NCBI GenBank assembly: GCA_037142195.1
Contig: JBAXBA010000002.1
Location: forward strand, 11,005-75,004
Source of the DNA: Pseudomonadota bacterium
GTDB lineage: Bacteria > Bdellovibrionota_B > Oligoflexia > Oligoflexales > CAIMVM01
Direction of reading: 5' to 3'
Length of the DNA: 64,000 nt
The translations under genes and the position numbers were made by a program. Shown here piece by piece: positions 35,010-45,356 of this stretch. The notes beneath the pieces are model-generated. The model saw only the letters and a list, made by a program, of their open reading frames with translations. It had not been told where the DNA came from and ran no database searches. The first letter of the stretch is position 1; each line of letters starts with the position of its first letter.

Positions 35010-35818
35010 GGTTCAAGCTCGCTCAAACTTCTTTCCAAAGTTTCTTTGTCTAATCTTGAATAATGCCAAACGTTGTTGCTCTCCATAAAACTTATACCTT
35101 TACCTTTAACAGTTCTTGCAACCAGCGCCTTAGGAGTCTGTAATTTACTGGACAATAAGAAATTCAGCGTTTCTTCTATTGATGACTCGCTATGCCCATC
35201 TACTTCGCAGCACTCAAATCCAAAGGCTTCAAATTTTGCTTTTAACGGCTCTAGGTTTAGAACATCCTCAGACCTGCCCATAGCTTGGTAGCTGTTTGCA
35301 TCAACAATTACGACCAAATTTCTAAGGGAATGATGGGCGGCAAAAAGAAAACATTCCCAGGCGCTTCCTTCATTGATTTCTCCGTCGCCAACAATCACAA
35401 ATACGTTTCTTGTCCTAGAGCCCCTCAACTTATCAGCAAGCGCTATTCCAGTGGCCACTGTTATACCATGACCTAGTGAACCTCCGGATACTTCAATTCC
35501 TGGACAATGGACCGAAGATAGTCCTTTAAGTTTGGACCCATCTTGAAAGTAGGACTCTATCTCTTCAGAAGAGACAATGCCTTTTTGAAAGAGCGCTGCA
35601 TAGCAAGCCATAACTCCGTGGCCTTTGCTCAAAGCTAAAATATCGCGATCATTAGATTTTAAATTGTCCTTATCAATTCGGATGAACTTAGAATACAAAA
35701 CCGCAACCAACTCTACCAAAGAGAAGGCACAACCTATATGAACAGAGCTCCCTGAATAGGCCATCTTTAGTATGGTTTTACGCATCAAAATTGGGTCTAT
35801 TCTTGTTTTATCTTTCAT
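35006..35818 (-). CDS. Transketolase-like, N-terminal (ThDP-binding) subunit
   Basis: Motifs are SKGHGVMACYA, GGSLGHGITVATGIA and VIVGDGEINEGSAWE. Confidence 0.85.
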   Translation of the reverse strand: MKDKTRIDPILMRKTILKMAYSGSSVHIGCAFSLVELVAVLYSKFIRIDKDNLKSNDRDILALSKGHGVMACYAALFQKGIVSSEEIESYFQDGSKLKGLSSVHCPGIEVSGGSLGHGITVATGIALADKLRGSRTRNVFVIVGDGEINEGSAWECFLFAAHHSLRNLVVIVDANSYQAMGRSEDVLNLEPLKAKFEAFGFECCEVDGHSESSIEETLNFLLSSKLQTPKALVARTVKGKGISFMESNNVWHYSRLDKETLERSLSELEP

Positions 35819-35824
35819 ATTTTT

Positions 35825-36901
35825 TCAATTTTCCTTGGTAACTTTAATAAACCTTTGGATCTGATCCAATGTAAAGGCTCGGGAGTTCCGATGATTATTT
35901 TGGGTTTCAAGATACCACTTCGCTGTCCAATTCAATGCATCATTAAGATTTAAGGACGGATTCCATCCTAGTTGGTACCTCGCTTTAGATATATCTAACT
36001 TAAGCAACTCGGCCTCATGAAATGAGAGCGAGGAACCGAATGTCACTGAAGAAGATTTATTAAGAATCTCTTGAAAGGTCTCAACTACATATTTAACCGA
36101 AGTACAATCTTGATCGTTAGGGCCAAAATTCCAGCCTTCAGCAAACTTCTGTCCTCCCTCTTTAAAGAGGGACTCTGCCAACATCAAATAACCCGACAAT
36201 GGCTCTAAAACATGCTGCCATGGCCTGACCGCATTTGGATTTCTAATCTCAAGCGGATTTCGCTCAAACGTTGAGCGAACCAAATCAGGGATCAACCTAT
36301 CTTCCGCATAGTCCCCGCCGCCAATCACATTACCTGCCCTTGCAGTCGCAATATGAGTGGAGTTTTTATCTGAAAAAAAGGACTTTCTGTAAGAGCTAGT
36401 AATCAATTCAGCGCAGCCTTTAGAACACGAATATGGATCGAAGCCTCCCATGGGTTCATTCTCTCGGTAACCCCAGGGCCACTCCTTATTTTCATAGCAT
36501 TTATCCGATGTTACTACGACTGCCGCTTTGGATTCAGGACAAGCCCTTAGGGCTTCAAGAAAATTAACGGTTCCCATCAAATTTGTAGAATAAGTTTCAA
36601 CAGGGTCTTTATAGGAATGTCTGACTAGAGGTTGGGCTGCCAGGTGGAAAACAATTTCTGGTTCCGCGGTTTTCATTCTAGACTTTAGTAATGGCAGGTC
36701 TCTTATGTCACCTTCTATGTGAGTTATACCTGCTGAAACATCTGCCAATTGAAATAAGCTTGGGCTTGTTGGTGGAGCTAAAGAAAATCCTGTGACATGA
36801 GCTCCCATCTCTTTAAGCCATAAAGTCAGCCAACTTCCCTTGAACCCAGTATGCCCCGTAAGGAATACCCTTTTTCCTTTCCAGAAACTCTGAGTTACCA
36901 T
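35825..36901 (-). CDS. rfbG: CDP-glucose 4,6-dehydratase
   Basis: FWKGKRVFLTGHTGFKGSWLTLWL ... YSCSKGCAE is typical RfbG/DdhB. The start is chosen at ATG 36901 (MVTQSFW), just after the rfbF stop and 7 nt after GGAAGGA. Confidence 0.9.
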   Translation of the reverse strand: MVTQSFWKGKRVFLTGHTGFKGSWLTLWLKEMGAHVTGFSLAPPTSPSLFQLADVSAGITHIEGDIRDLPLLKSRMKTAEPEIVFHLAAQPLVRHSYKDPVETYSTNLMGTVNFLEALRACPESKAAVVVTSDKCYENKEWPWGYRENEPMGGFDPYSCSKGCAELITSSYRKSFFSDKNSTHIATARAGNVIGGGDYAEDRLIPDLVRSTFERNPLEIRNPNAVRPWQHVLEPLSGYLMLAESLFKEGGQKFAEGWNFGPNDQDCTSVKYVVETFQEILNKSSSVTFGSSLSFHEAELLKLDISKARYQLGWNPSLNLNDALNWTAKWYLETQNNHRNSRAFTLDQIQRFIKVTKEN

Positions 36902-36903
36902 AT

Positions 36904-37668
36904 TTAGTCCTTCCACTTTGCATTGCCGCTGGTCCAGAGGTCTTCAAGATAGTTCTTATCCCTCAAGGTATCCATGGGTTGCCAAAATCCATAATGCTTA
37001 AATGCATTCAGCTGTTTGTCTTTTGCAAGTTTCTCTAAAGGCTCTCGTTCCCAAATGGAGTCATCCCCAGATATCAATTCGATTACCTTTGGATTTAGAA
37101 CAAAAAAACCACCATTAATCCAAGCACCATCCCCTTTAGGTTTTTCCGCAAAGCTTGTAATGCTATCGCGATCTAAATCTAGAGCACCAAAACGCCCAGG
37201 AGGCTGCACTGCCGTTAAAGTCGCCATTTTTCCAGAAGATTTATGAAATTCAATGAGCTTAGCAATATTTACGTCAGATAGCCCATCGCCATAAGTTAAG
37301 CAAAAATCTTTTTCGCCCAGATACTTAGCAATTCGTTTTAGACGGCCGCCGGTCATCGTATCTGCACCGGTGTCTACAACAGTAACTTTCCAAGGTTCAC
37401 TAAAATTTTCGTGTACCTCTCTTTGATTGTTAGCAAAGTCAAAGGTCACGTCAGAGTTATGTAGAAAATAATTGGCAAAGTATTCTTTAATCATATACTG
37501 CTTATAACCGCAGCAGATAATAAATTCATTGATTCCATGTTTTGAATATAACTTCATGATGTGAAGCAGTATCGGCTTTCCACCAATTTCAATCATGGGT
37601 TTAGGTTTAACTCCCGATTCTTCGCTGATTCGAGTGCCGAGGCCCCCAGCTAAGATGACACATTTCAT
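36904..37668 (-). CDS. rfbF: Glucose-1-phosphate cytidylyltransferase
   Basis: [34 protein letters not shown] ... GGRLKR ... [12 protein letters not shown] is typical RfbF/DdhA. Confidence 0.9.
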   Translation of the reverse strand: MKCVILAGGLGTRISEESGVKPKPMIEIGGKPILLHIMKLYSKHGINEFIICCGYKQYMIKEYFANYFLHNSDVTFDFANNQREVHENFSEPWKVTVVDTGADTMTGGRLKRIAKYLGEKDFCLTYGDGLSDVNIAKLIEFHKSSGKMATLTAVQPPGRFGALDLDRDSITSFAEKPKGDGAWINGGFFVLNPKVIELISGDDSIWEREPLEKLAKDKQLNAFKHYGFWQPMDTLRDKNYLEDLWTSGNAKWKD

Positions 37669-39014
37669 TTCTTTTTGCCCTCACAGAACAGTGCCGCTTC
37701 TAATAATGAATGGCCGATATAAGCAATCATGTCCTTTTCTAAACCAGGCCAAATACCCACAAAAAAAGAGCTGTTCATAATTCGGTCTGTGTTTTTTAGG
37801 TCACCATGAATACTATGTGGAATATGAATATAGGCGGGCTGTTTAAGAAGATTGCCTCCAAACAAAAGTCTAGTTCCTATCTTTTTTTCACTTAGGAAAT
37901 TTAATATGTCTTTACGATTGATGTGAGGATCTTTGAGGGTTAAAAGATACCCGAACCAAGACGGGGTGGCTCCTGGAATTACTTCCGGAATTTCAAAGTA
38001 GCGTAAAGCCCCATTCTTCTCTAATTCCTGAGTAAGAAACTCGAAATTCTCATTTCGTTTCATAATAAAACCGGGAAGCTTCTTGAGTTGAGATAGACCG
38101 ATAGCAGCCTGCATATCTGTTACTTTAAGATTATAGCCAATATGAGAGTAGGTGTACTTGTGATCATAGCCCTTAGGAAGATTTCCTAACTGCCATTCAT
38201 AACGTTTACCACAGGTTCCCTCTTCTGCAGGAGCACAGTAACAATCTCTTCCCCAATCTCTAAAACTTTCAGCGAATTTCTTCACAGAAGGTGAGTTAGT
38301 CATGACTGCCCCGCCTTCGCCCATTGTGATATGGTGAGCTGGATAAAAACTACAAGTAGCCACATCTCCAAAGGTTCCGACGTTCTTGCCATTAATCTTA
38401 GCGCCCAATGCATCACAACAGTCTTCTATGAACCAAATGCCTCTCTTTTTGCAAAGAGCTGCAATACCCTCCGCATCAAATGGGTTCCCCAAGGTGTGGG
38501 CAATCATAACCAGTTTAGTGCGCGGAGTGATGGCGGCTTCGACTGCTTCCAAAGTTACATTATGAGTCGCCATATCCACATCAATAAATCTTGGAATCAT
38601 GCCAAATTGAAGCGCTGGATTTACTGTAGTCGGAAATGCGCAGGCTGGAGTAATAAACTCATCGCCTGGTTTAAGAGCTCTATCTTTAAAAAAAGGGCTT
38701 GTTAGAGCTGAAAAAGCTACTAGGTTTGCACTTGACCCAGAATTAACCAAAAGGCAATACTTGGTGCCAAAAAATTGCGCAAACTTCGACTCAAAATCTT
38801 TGGAAAACCTGCCTGATGTTAGCCACATATCTAGAGAAGCCTCGATCAATTGCCCAAGGTCTTCCGCGTCAAGAACCTTGCCATTGGCAGGAAGGAAATG
38901 CGCCCCAGGCTGAAAATTTTTTTCAGAATTTACAATAGAAAAATATCTAGCGCTGAGGGTCAATATCTGATTTTTAACTTCAGCGGCCTCTTTGGTATGC
39001 ATATTGAATCCCAT
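37665..39014 (-). CDS. rfbH: RfbH/DdhC-type PMP-dependent CDP-4-keto-6-deoxyglucose 3-dehydrase (DegT/DnrJ/EryC1 fold)
   Basis: This 449-aa ORF contains [25 protein letters not shown]...[13 protein letters not shown]. The length and N-terminal extension fit RfbH rather than simple aminotransferases. Confidence 0.8.
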   Translation of the reverse strand: MGFNMHTKEAAEVKNQILTLSARYFSIVNSEKNFQPGAHFLPANGKVLDAEDLGQLIEASLDMWLTSGRFSKDFESKFAQFFGTKYCLLVNSGSSANLVAFSALTSPFFKDRALKPGDEFITPACAFPTTVNPALQFGMIPRFIDVDMATHNVTLEAVEAAITPRTKLVMIAHTLGNPFDAEGIAALCKKRGIWFIEDCCDALGAKINGKNVGTFGDVATCSFYPAHHITMGEGGAVMTNSPSVKKFAESFRDWGRDCYCAPAEEGTCGKRYEWQLGNLPKGYDHKYTYSHIGYNLKVTDMQAAIGLSQLKKLPGFIMKRNENFEFLTQELEKNGALRYFEIPEVIPGATPSWFGYLLTLKDPHINRKDILNFLSEKKIGTRLLFGGNLLKQPAYIHIPHSIHGDLKNTDRIMNSSFFVGIWPGLEKDMIAYIGHSLLEAALFCEGKKK

Positions 39015-39234
39015 TAAAACCTCATACTACAAAATAACTTAACTTAAGAACAGAGAAGCTTCGCCAGTGGCAGTTAGAAAATCAGCTTAAATTGGACTAA
39101 ACATGATCTGGGATATGCAGATGGCATAAAAATCCCAAATTCGAAGCAAAATAGACTGAGCCAGCATGGAGAAATCAAAATTACAACTTACCTAGGTTTC
39201 AAAAAATACATTGCATTCGAAATACAATGACAAT

Positions 39235-40203
39235 ATGCTACCAATCAAACATGCTGCGGGAAAGATAATGTTACATATTACAATACTTTCCCCATGCTTT
39301 AATGAAGAGTCTAATGTTGAAGAGTTCTTTCAAAGAGTTAGTACTCAATTTAAGACCCTAAATGAGTATAGTTTTGATGTATTGTTTATAGATAATTGCT
39401 CTACAGATAATACAGTTCAAATTATTACAAAGCTGATTGAATCGAATTCAAATATAAGGTTAATTGTAAATAGTCGAAACTTTGGTCATATCCGATCTCC
39501 GTATTACGGATTATTGCAAACAGATGCCGATGCGACAATTCTTTTGGCATCTGACCTACAAGACCCACCTGAGTTGATTCCATTACTGCTAAATAAATGG
39601 CGGCATGGGTTTCCCATTGTTAAGGCTGTAAAAAATAAGTCACACGAAACTGCATCTATGTATCTTATAAGAACGGCTTATTATAAGTTGTTAGCAAAAT
39701 TGACAAACCTTGTCCTGACTGAGCATTATACAGGTAGTGGACTCTACGACCGTTCGATAATTTCAATATTTAAAAAAATCAATGACCCTTATCCCTATTT
39801 TAGAGGCCTAGTTTCTGATATTGGATTTGATTTTGCAATAGTGGAATTTACCCAGCCAAAGAGAGTACGGGGACTTACCAAAAATAATTTTTATACACTG
39901 TATGATATGGCAATGTTAGGAATAACGAATCATTCAAAGGTACCCCTTAGAATCGCTACTTTTTTAGGATTTCTAATGAGCATTGGAAGCATATCAATAG
40001 GACTAGTTTATTTTGTTTTAAAGATAATTTATTGGGAAAGATTTCAAGCTGGAGTTCTTCCTATAATGCTCGGGATCTTTTTCTTTGGCTCAGTCCAACT
40101 TTTATTTTTAGGTATTATTGGCGAGTACATCGGAAATATTCACACTCAAGTACAAAACAGGCCGTTAGTTCTTGAGAAGAAGCGAGTCAATTTCGCCACA
40201 TGA
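39235..40203 (+). CDS. GT2 polyprenyl-phosphate glycosyltransferase (GtrB/ArnC-like) with two C-terminal TM helices; start 39211, 39235 or 39268
   Basis: ITILSPCFNEESNVEEF...LFIDNCSTDNT...SDLQDPPELIP is followed by two hydrophobic helices and IGEYIGNI. Confidence 0.8.
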   Translation: MLPIKHAAGKIMLHITILSPCFNEESNVEEFFQRVSTQFKTLNEYSFDVLFIDNCSTDNTVQIITKLIESNSNIRLIVNSRNFGHIRSPYYGLLQTDADATILLASDLQDPPELIPLLLNKWRHGFPIVKAVKNKSHETASMYLIRTAYYKLLAKLTNLVLTEHYTGSGLYDRSIISIFKKINDPYPYFRGLVSDIGFDFAIVEFTQPKRVRGLTKNNFYTLYDMAMLGITNHSKVPLRIATFLGFLMSIGSISIGLVYFVLKIIYWERFQAGVLPIMLGIFFFGSVQLLFLGIIGEYIGNIHTQVQNRPLVLEKKRVNFAT

Positions 40204-41486
40204 CTAAAATTTTTCGGCAAATTTCGCAAAAGAATCTTGGAATTTTGTCACCTAATATGTTTAGGGCTAGAATGCAATTTAAGTTGAATTTAGAAAAAAT
40301 TGATCTCTATAAACTCTTTTTTTCGACATTCTTTGTTTCTTTAACTATTGGATATGTTGCTTATTATTTTTTTTCAGGCTCATTTCAAGACACATCGACA
40401 GTCCCAGCTGGCAAAATTATAGGCGGTGATTTTGAGATAATCGCACGAGAAGGCCACAATTTTCTAATGGGATTACCATTTGTAGGGACCGGCCATCCCC
40501 CGCTTGAAAATATACTTCTCGGCCTATTTAAGCTACTTTTTGGCTCAAAACATGCGTATTTTATATTTATAACTTTTTCTCTGATGTGTTTTTTAGCTTC
40601 AATTTTTATCGCTAATAGAATTACTTCGGCGAAATCTTCATTTCACCTAATTTCATTTTTGCCATTTATATTTGTTTATCCTATTCTTTTCAACCTCGAG
40701 AGAGGCAATACCGATTCAATTTCATTACTATTTATTGTGTTATTCCTATTCTTTTCACAAAAGAAAAATATTTTTTTGGCATCTACAAGCATATTTATTG
40801 CGTACAACCTAAAAATATACCCAATAGTTTTTCTACCTATTTTCTTGATCCATTTCGGTCTTCTTAGGACTTGCGCGCTGGCCTTTATGATTCAGTTCGG
40901 CCTTATGACGTCGGGTATAGAAGGCCTCATAGAAATGATTAAATCTATAGGAGAACTGGCATCAAATCCGTATATATGGGATGGCAATCACTCTGCGATT
41001 TCCTTTGCTACGAAGCATTTTCCAAACAAAATTAACGAAGTTGCAAATTTGATAATTGTAGGCCTCACTATAAGCCTCATCGGGATAACTTTAGATCAAC
41101 TTTTTTACCGAAGAAGGCCTTCGAACCAAAATACGAGCGCCGGTGAAAGAATGGATCCTCTTTCAATACAAATAAAATCTTTGATCGGCCTAATGTTTAT
41201 TTCTTGCTCTTTGATTCCTGGAACAAGCCACGACTATAGACTTCTAATTCAAGTTGCGCCTTGGCTACTAATTTTACCAAACAGTCTCCAAATTGGTGAA
41301 AAATTCAACCAGCAGAGTTGGCTGCAGAATCTAGATAAAATTTGTATTTTTGGAATAACAATCGCAACTTCGTCGCTTTTCTTTCCTAGAAACTTCTTTC
41401 TTGATAAAACAGCATTGCTCTTAGTAATGGCGGGGTGCTATTTAACAATTTACTTAAGTCAAATCCTTCAAAGGAGAGTACAATAA
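40200..41486 (+). CDS. Polytopic membrane protein, possible GT-C-type glycosyltransferase (DUF2029-like)
   Basis: This 428-aa ORF has about 10 or more hydrophobic segments. It is coupled by a 4-nt overlap to the GtrB/ArnC-like gene. The family assignment is tentative. Confidence 0.4.
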   Translation: MTKIFRQISQKNLGILSPNMFRARMQFKLNLEKIDLYKLFFSTFFVSLTIGYVAYYFFSGSFQDTSTVPAGKIIGGDFEIIAREGHNFLMGLPFVGTGHPPLENILLGLFKLLFGSKHAYFIFITFSLMCFLASIFIANRITSAKSSFHLISFLPFIFVYPILFNLERGNTDSISLLFIVLFLFFSQKKNIFLASTSIFIAYNLKIYPIVFLPIFLIHFGLLRTCALAFMIQFGLMTSGIEGLIEMIKSIGELASNPYIWDGNHSAISFATKHFPNKINEVANLIIVGLTISLIGITLDQLFYRRRPSNQNTSAGERMDPLSIQIKSLIGLMFISCSLIPGTSHDYRLLIQVAPWLLILPNSLQIGEKFNQQSWLQNLDKICIFGITIATSSLFFPRNFFLDKTALLLVMAGCYLTIYLSQILQRRVQ

Positions 41487-41648
41487 ATCGCTTTTGCTAT
41501 TCAATACGCAGGTAACCATTGTCACGCTGAACTAAGAATTAAATGTTTTGAAAATCTATGGCTTGACAATTTTTTCAGCAATTCCTAGTATGCCCCTTAG
41601 AAAATATGTACTTCATCTGCTGAAGATTAGGAATTCTTGAGGGTAACA

Positions 41649-43460
41649 ATGTGTGGTTTCTTTGCGACTAATTATAAAGTTCAAGATGTAAATAAACTGT
41701 TAGAAGCTTGTAGCTATCGGGGCCCCGATTCTAGCAGCCATCTGCTCCTTGATGGGATAGTTTTCGGATTCAATAGACTGGCAATTATTGATTTAAACGA
41801 ACGAGCTAATCAACCTTTTTGGTCGAGCTGTGGCAGATACGTCCTGTTGTTCAATGGCGAAATTTATAATTGTGCCGAATTGAAAGGCCATCTCAAACTA
41901 CCCGAGGAATCTTATACCACAAGTTCAGACACAGAAGTATTGATGAATTACCTTATTAAGTTCGGCTTAGAAGGGGCTGAAAAACTAAATGGAATGTTTG
42001 CATTCGTATTTTATGACAAGGAAACTAAAAATATTATTGTAGCAAGAGACAGGTTTGGGGTTAAACCTTTATTTTATTCCGTTGATGGCGATAAGTTTCT
42101 ATTTACTTCTGATCCTAAAATTGCCCACTTAGTCACAGATCTCAAACCCAATCTGCCATTAGTACAAAACTATGTTGCATACCGCTTTCTTCCCACAAAA
42201 TTTAACCTATTTTCTAATTTGGTTTCCCTTCATCCGGGAACTGCTTTACTAAAAACCAAAATCAGTCAGTTTAAGACTCATTGTTGGACTGATTTAGGCC
42301 AGAATCTTGAGAAGAAAGACTACTCCAGCACAACTATCGAAAAATCTACGGAGTTTGTAGAGAGACTTCTAAAAAATTCTTTGATTTCGCAAATGAACGC
42401 TGATGTACCTGTTGGCTTTTTTTTGAGCGGTGGACTCGATTCAAGTTTATTGGTAGCCATTGCAGCCAAAGAATCCTCCGAAAGAATTAGGACCTTTTCG
42501 ATAACATTTTCAGACTATGAACATTCAGAAACTCAATACCAAAGATTAGTATCCTCTAAGTTTAACACAATACATGAAGAGATGGATGTCAGCCATGAGT
42601 CCTACTACAAGTCATACCTAGAATGTACTAGTAAAGGATTCCAACCAATCCTAATCCCCAATTATGTGTGTGTTTATCAACTAGCTCAAAATGCTAAAAG
42701 GAGCGTTAAGGTACTCCTTAGTGGAGAAGGAGCGGATGAGGTTTTCGGGGGATATCATAGATATTCTGATTTGCTCCTTGCTAAACACATTAAGACCATG
42801 AAGTTACAAGGTATTTTTAAAATTCTTGCTTTGATTAAGTCAAGTTTAGGAAGATTTTCTAATATTGAACAGCCAGATGAGTTCTTCAATAGCCAAAAGA
42901 CATACTTTCAAAAAACTGATCAAGTTCATTTTTTTAAACAACCACCGGTTCAATTCACTAATCAGTATGAATTATCTTGGAATGATTTGAATACCGCTCT
43001 TCTCGAAGATCAACAAACTTATATGTTAGGTTTACTTAATAGAGTCGATCAAATGACAATGCTTGCTAGCATCGAAAGTAGGGTGCCCTACCTCGACATT
43101 GATCTGGTTAATTATGTCAACAGCTTAAGGTTTGAGGACAAAGTAGGCATAAGAAGCCCAAAAAAGATTTTATATAATATTGGTCGAACTTATTTACCAA
43201 AAGAAATTCTGGAAAGACCCAAGATTGGGTTTTCAGTGCCCATTTCAGATTGGTTTACCGGGCAAAAATTGATGGGGGAATTGAAATATATTTTACTAGA
43301 AGAGAGAAGCAGGAAACGAAATTTGATCGATTATGTTAAACTGGAAGAAGTTTTTTCCTCGGCTGAGCTAACAAAAAAATATGGTGAATCCTTGATTTTC
43401 CCAATGCTAAGCATAGAGTTATGGCTTAGAAATTTAGAAGATTCACCAATTCTCAATTAG
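41649..43460 (+). CDS. Asparagine synthase (glutamine-hydrolysing)-family amidotransferase
   Basis: The start is taken at MCGFFA (N-terminal Cys nucleophile), 5 nt after GAGGG. Motifs are NGEIYN and the PP-loop FLSGGLDSS. Confidence 0.85.
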   Translation: MCGFFATNYKVQDVNKLLEACSYRGPDSSSHLLLDGIVFGFNRLAIIDLNERANQPFWSSCGRYVLLFNGEIYNCAELKGHLKLPEESYTTSSDTEVLMNYLIKFGLEGAEKLNGMFAFVFYDKETKNIIVARDRFGVKPLFYSVDGDKFLFTSDPKIAHLVTDLKPNLPLVQNYVAYRFLPTKFNLFSNLVSLHPGTALLKTKISQFKTHCWTDLGQNLEKKDYSSTTIEKSTEFVERLLKNSLISQMNADVPVGFFLSGGLDSSLLVAIAAKESSERIRTFSITFSDYEHSETQYQRLVSSKFNTIHEEMDVSHESYYKSYLECTSKGFQPILIPNYVCVYQLAQNAKRSVKVLLSGEGADEVFGGYHRYSDLLLAKHIKTMKLQGIFKILALIKSSLGRFSNIEQPDEFFNSQKTYFQKTDQVHFFKQPPVQFTNQYELSWNDLNTALLEDQQTYMLGLLNRVDQMTMLASIESRVPYLDIDLVNYVNSLRFEDKVGIRSPKKILYNIGRTYLPKEILERPKIGFSVPISDWFTGQKLMGELKYILLEERSRKRNLIDYVKLEEVFSSAELTKKYGESLIFPMLSIELWLRNLEDSPILN

Positions 43461-43476
43461 GCGCTTTGAAAATTTA

Positions 43477-45213
43477 ATGTTTTTAATTCATGATAGTTTT
43501 TTTGAAATTAGAATAGACAGGGGATGTGAGCTCCAACTACACATTCCAAATTCTTATACTGCTAACGTATTATTTAATCCCGACTTCTGCATAGTGGAGT
43601 TTTTTTTTAACACAGGAAATATTTTTCGGGTTTTTGAAATCAAACTTGTAGGAGTGGAAGAAAGATTTATTGTAGTTTCCCGGGGAAATCGCTTTATAGA
43701 ATTTGTGTCATCACAAGAGAAACTGACAGTAGCACAAATAATCGAATTTTCATTTTGGAACGATTGCGCTTTGTTTTCATTTGGGCAAAGATCACTAATA
43801 TTCAAGTCATACTGTAATCGGGCAGCTTCGATACCATTGTTTTGGACCAAGAGTTCTGAATCATTTATTTTGTCGAATTCACATGTTCCTTTATATTCGG
43901 CGAGTTCAAGAAAATTTTCAAGAGTAGGAATTTTAGAGTCACTTTTATTTGATCACACTTTAGGAAATCGAACGCTATTTGACGATATTTTTCAGCAATC
44001 GGCTGGACATTTCTTGTCGCTTGATCTAAAGTCCAACCAAGTGAGCTCAGCTCGCTATAACAGCATTTCACTATCACATAATCAAGCGCAAAAAGCTAAA
44101 TCTGACATTTTTGAGGGCACAAGTACATTAGAGAAAATACTTTTGTCCTCATTAACAAACATAGACAAAGACTTTAAGCTTGGAATTCCACTGTCTGGTG
44201 GATTAGATTCGCGAGCTATAGTTTACCAAAGCTATCAAAAATTTAAATTTGAAACACTGACCTATGGCCAAGAGCACTCTTTTGAGTTTTCCAATGCTGA
44301 TGCCGTTGCAAAAGCCTTGGATCTAGTGAACCACAAGTATATATTAGACAACAAACACTACTTGAATACTCATATAGAATCCTGTGTTTATTCCGGCGGA
44401 ATTTCACATCTTATGCATAGCCATTTATCCTCAGCAATAGCTTCAAATAGTTTTAAAGGAGTGGTTATTGGCTTTATGGGTGATCCCATTGCAGGCTCAG
44501 CGCAGCATATCAATTTCCAGGGAAAAGGTTTCGAAGACTTTGCTGACGCATTGTTGAAATATAGGAAGATTGGCCTTAAGGACCTAAAAAACATTTTCTC
44601 GACAAGTGATGAAGCTGAAATCGTTGAAGATTTGCGAGATCTATATATAGACATTAAGGATCTATGTCCCCACGAACGACTTCTTGAATATTATTTTATA
44701 GTCATCAGGCAGTCAAAACTGATTTCAAGTATTTTCAATAGCATCCTTTCTCAGAAAATTCAGATCTTCTATCCTTTTATGGATGATAGATTCGCTCGTT
44801 TTTTCCTGGAACTAGGATACGATGACCGATTAAATCGAAAGTTCTACAAGGAATGTATTAGGGAAATGGAATCAAAGTTTTTTTCTAATTTTGGTTTAGA
44901 TATAGCTTTTCCAAAAACAAGATTGTACGGGATGAACGCAAAAGCCGCTCGAACTTGCCAGTCGCTAGTTGAGTTAATTTCTATGGGAAAGTTTTCTTTA
45001 TCTAATCCATTTTTGACAGAAAATCCAAACTCCGTCCTTAATAATTGTCTAAAAAATATCTATAGTGAGTCACTTTCCGTCTGCGAAGCTAATGGTATTA
45101 TAAATCAGGAGCTTGCAAAAAAGATTCAAGGGCCATTTTTAACAACTGCCTGGACCCATTCAGCTTTCAGGATTATTAGCATTAAAAAAATGATTGACTA
45201 TTTCAGTATCTAA
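43477..45213 (+). CDS. AsnB-like synthetase-domain protein lacking the glutaminase Cys
   Basis: It has the PP-loop GIPLSGGLDSRAI. The N-terminal ~200 aa has no MCG nucleophile or recognisable Ntn motifs. Confidence 0.6.
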   Translation: MFLIHDSFFEIRIDRGCELQLHIPNSYTANVLFNPDFCIVEFFFNTGNIFRVFEIKLVGVEERFIVVSRGNRFIEFVSSQEKLTVAQIIEFSFWNDCALFSFGQRSLIFKSYCNRAASIPLFWTKSSESFILSNSHVPLYSASSRKFSRVGILESLLFDHTLGNRTLFDDIFQQSAGHFLSLDLKSNQVSSARYNSISLSHNQAQKAKSDIFEGTSTLEKILLSSLTNIDKDFKLGIPLSGGLDSRAIVYQSYQKFKFETLTYGQEHSFEFSNADAVAKALDLVNHKYILDNKHYLNTHIESCVYSGGISHLMHSHLSSAIASNSFKGVVIGFMGDPIAGSAQHINFQGKGFEDFADALLKYRKIGLKDLKNIFSTSDEAEIVEDLRDLYIDIKDLCPHERLLEYYFIVIRQSKLISSIFNSILSQKIQIFYPFMDDRFARFFLELGYDDRLNRKFYKECIREMESKFFSNFGLDIAFPKTRLYGMNAKAARTCQSLVELISMGKFSLSNPFLTENPNSVLNNCLKNIYSESLSVCEANGIINQELAKKIQGPFLTTAWTHSAFRIISIKKMIDYFSI

Positions 45214-45356
45214 AGTTCGACATTGTTGAGTTACAACTGTTGAGCGGCTGTTGAGCGACAATGAAAAACGGCAATTTTTCGATTTGAATTTTAACGCCTG
45301 GTTCATTGACTGTCTTAAAATAGCGCGCGGCACACAGTTCTTGCCACTTAAGTGCT

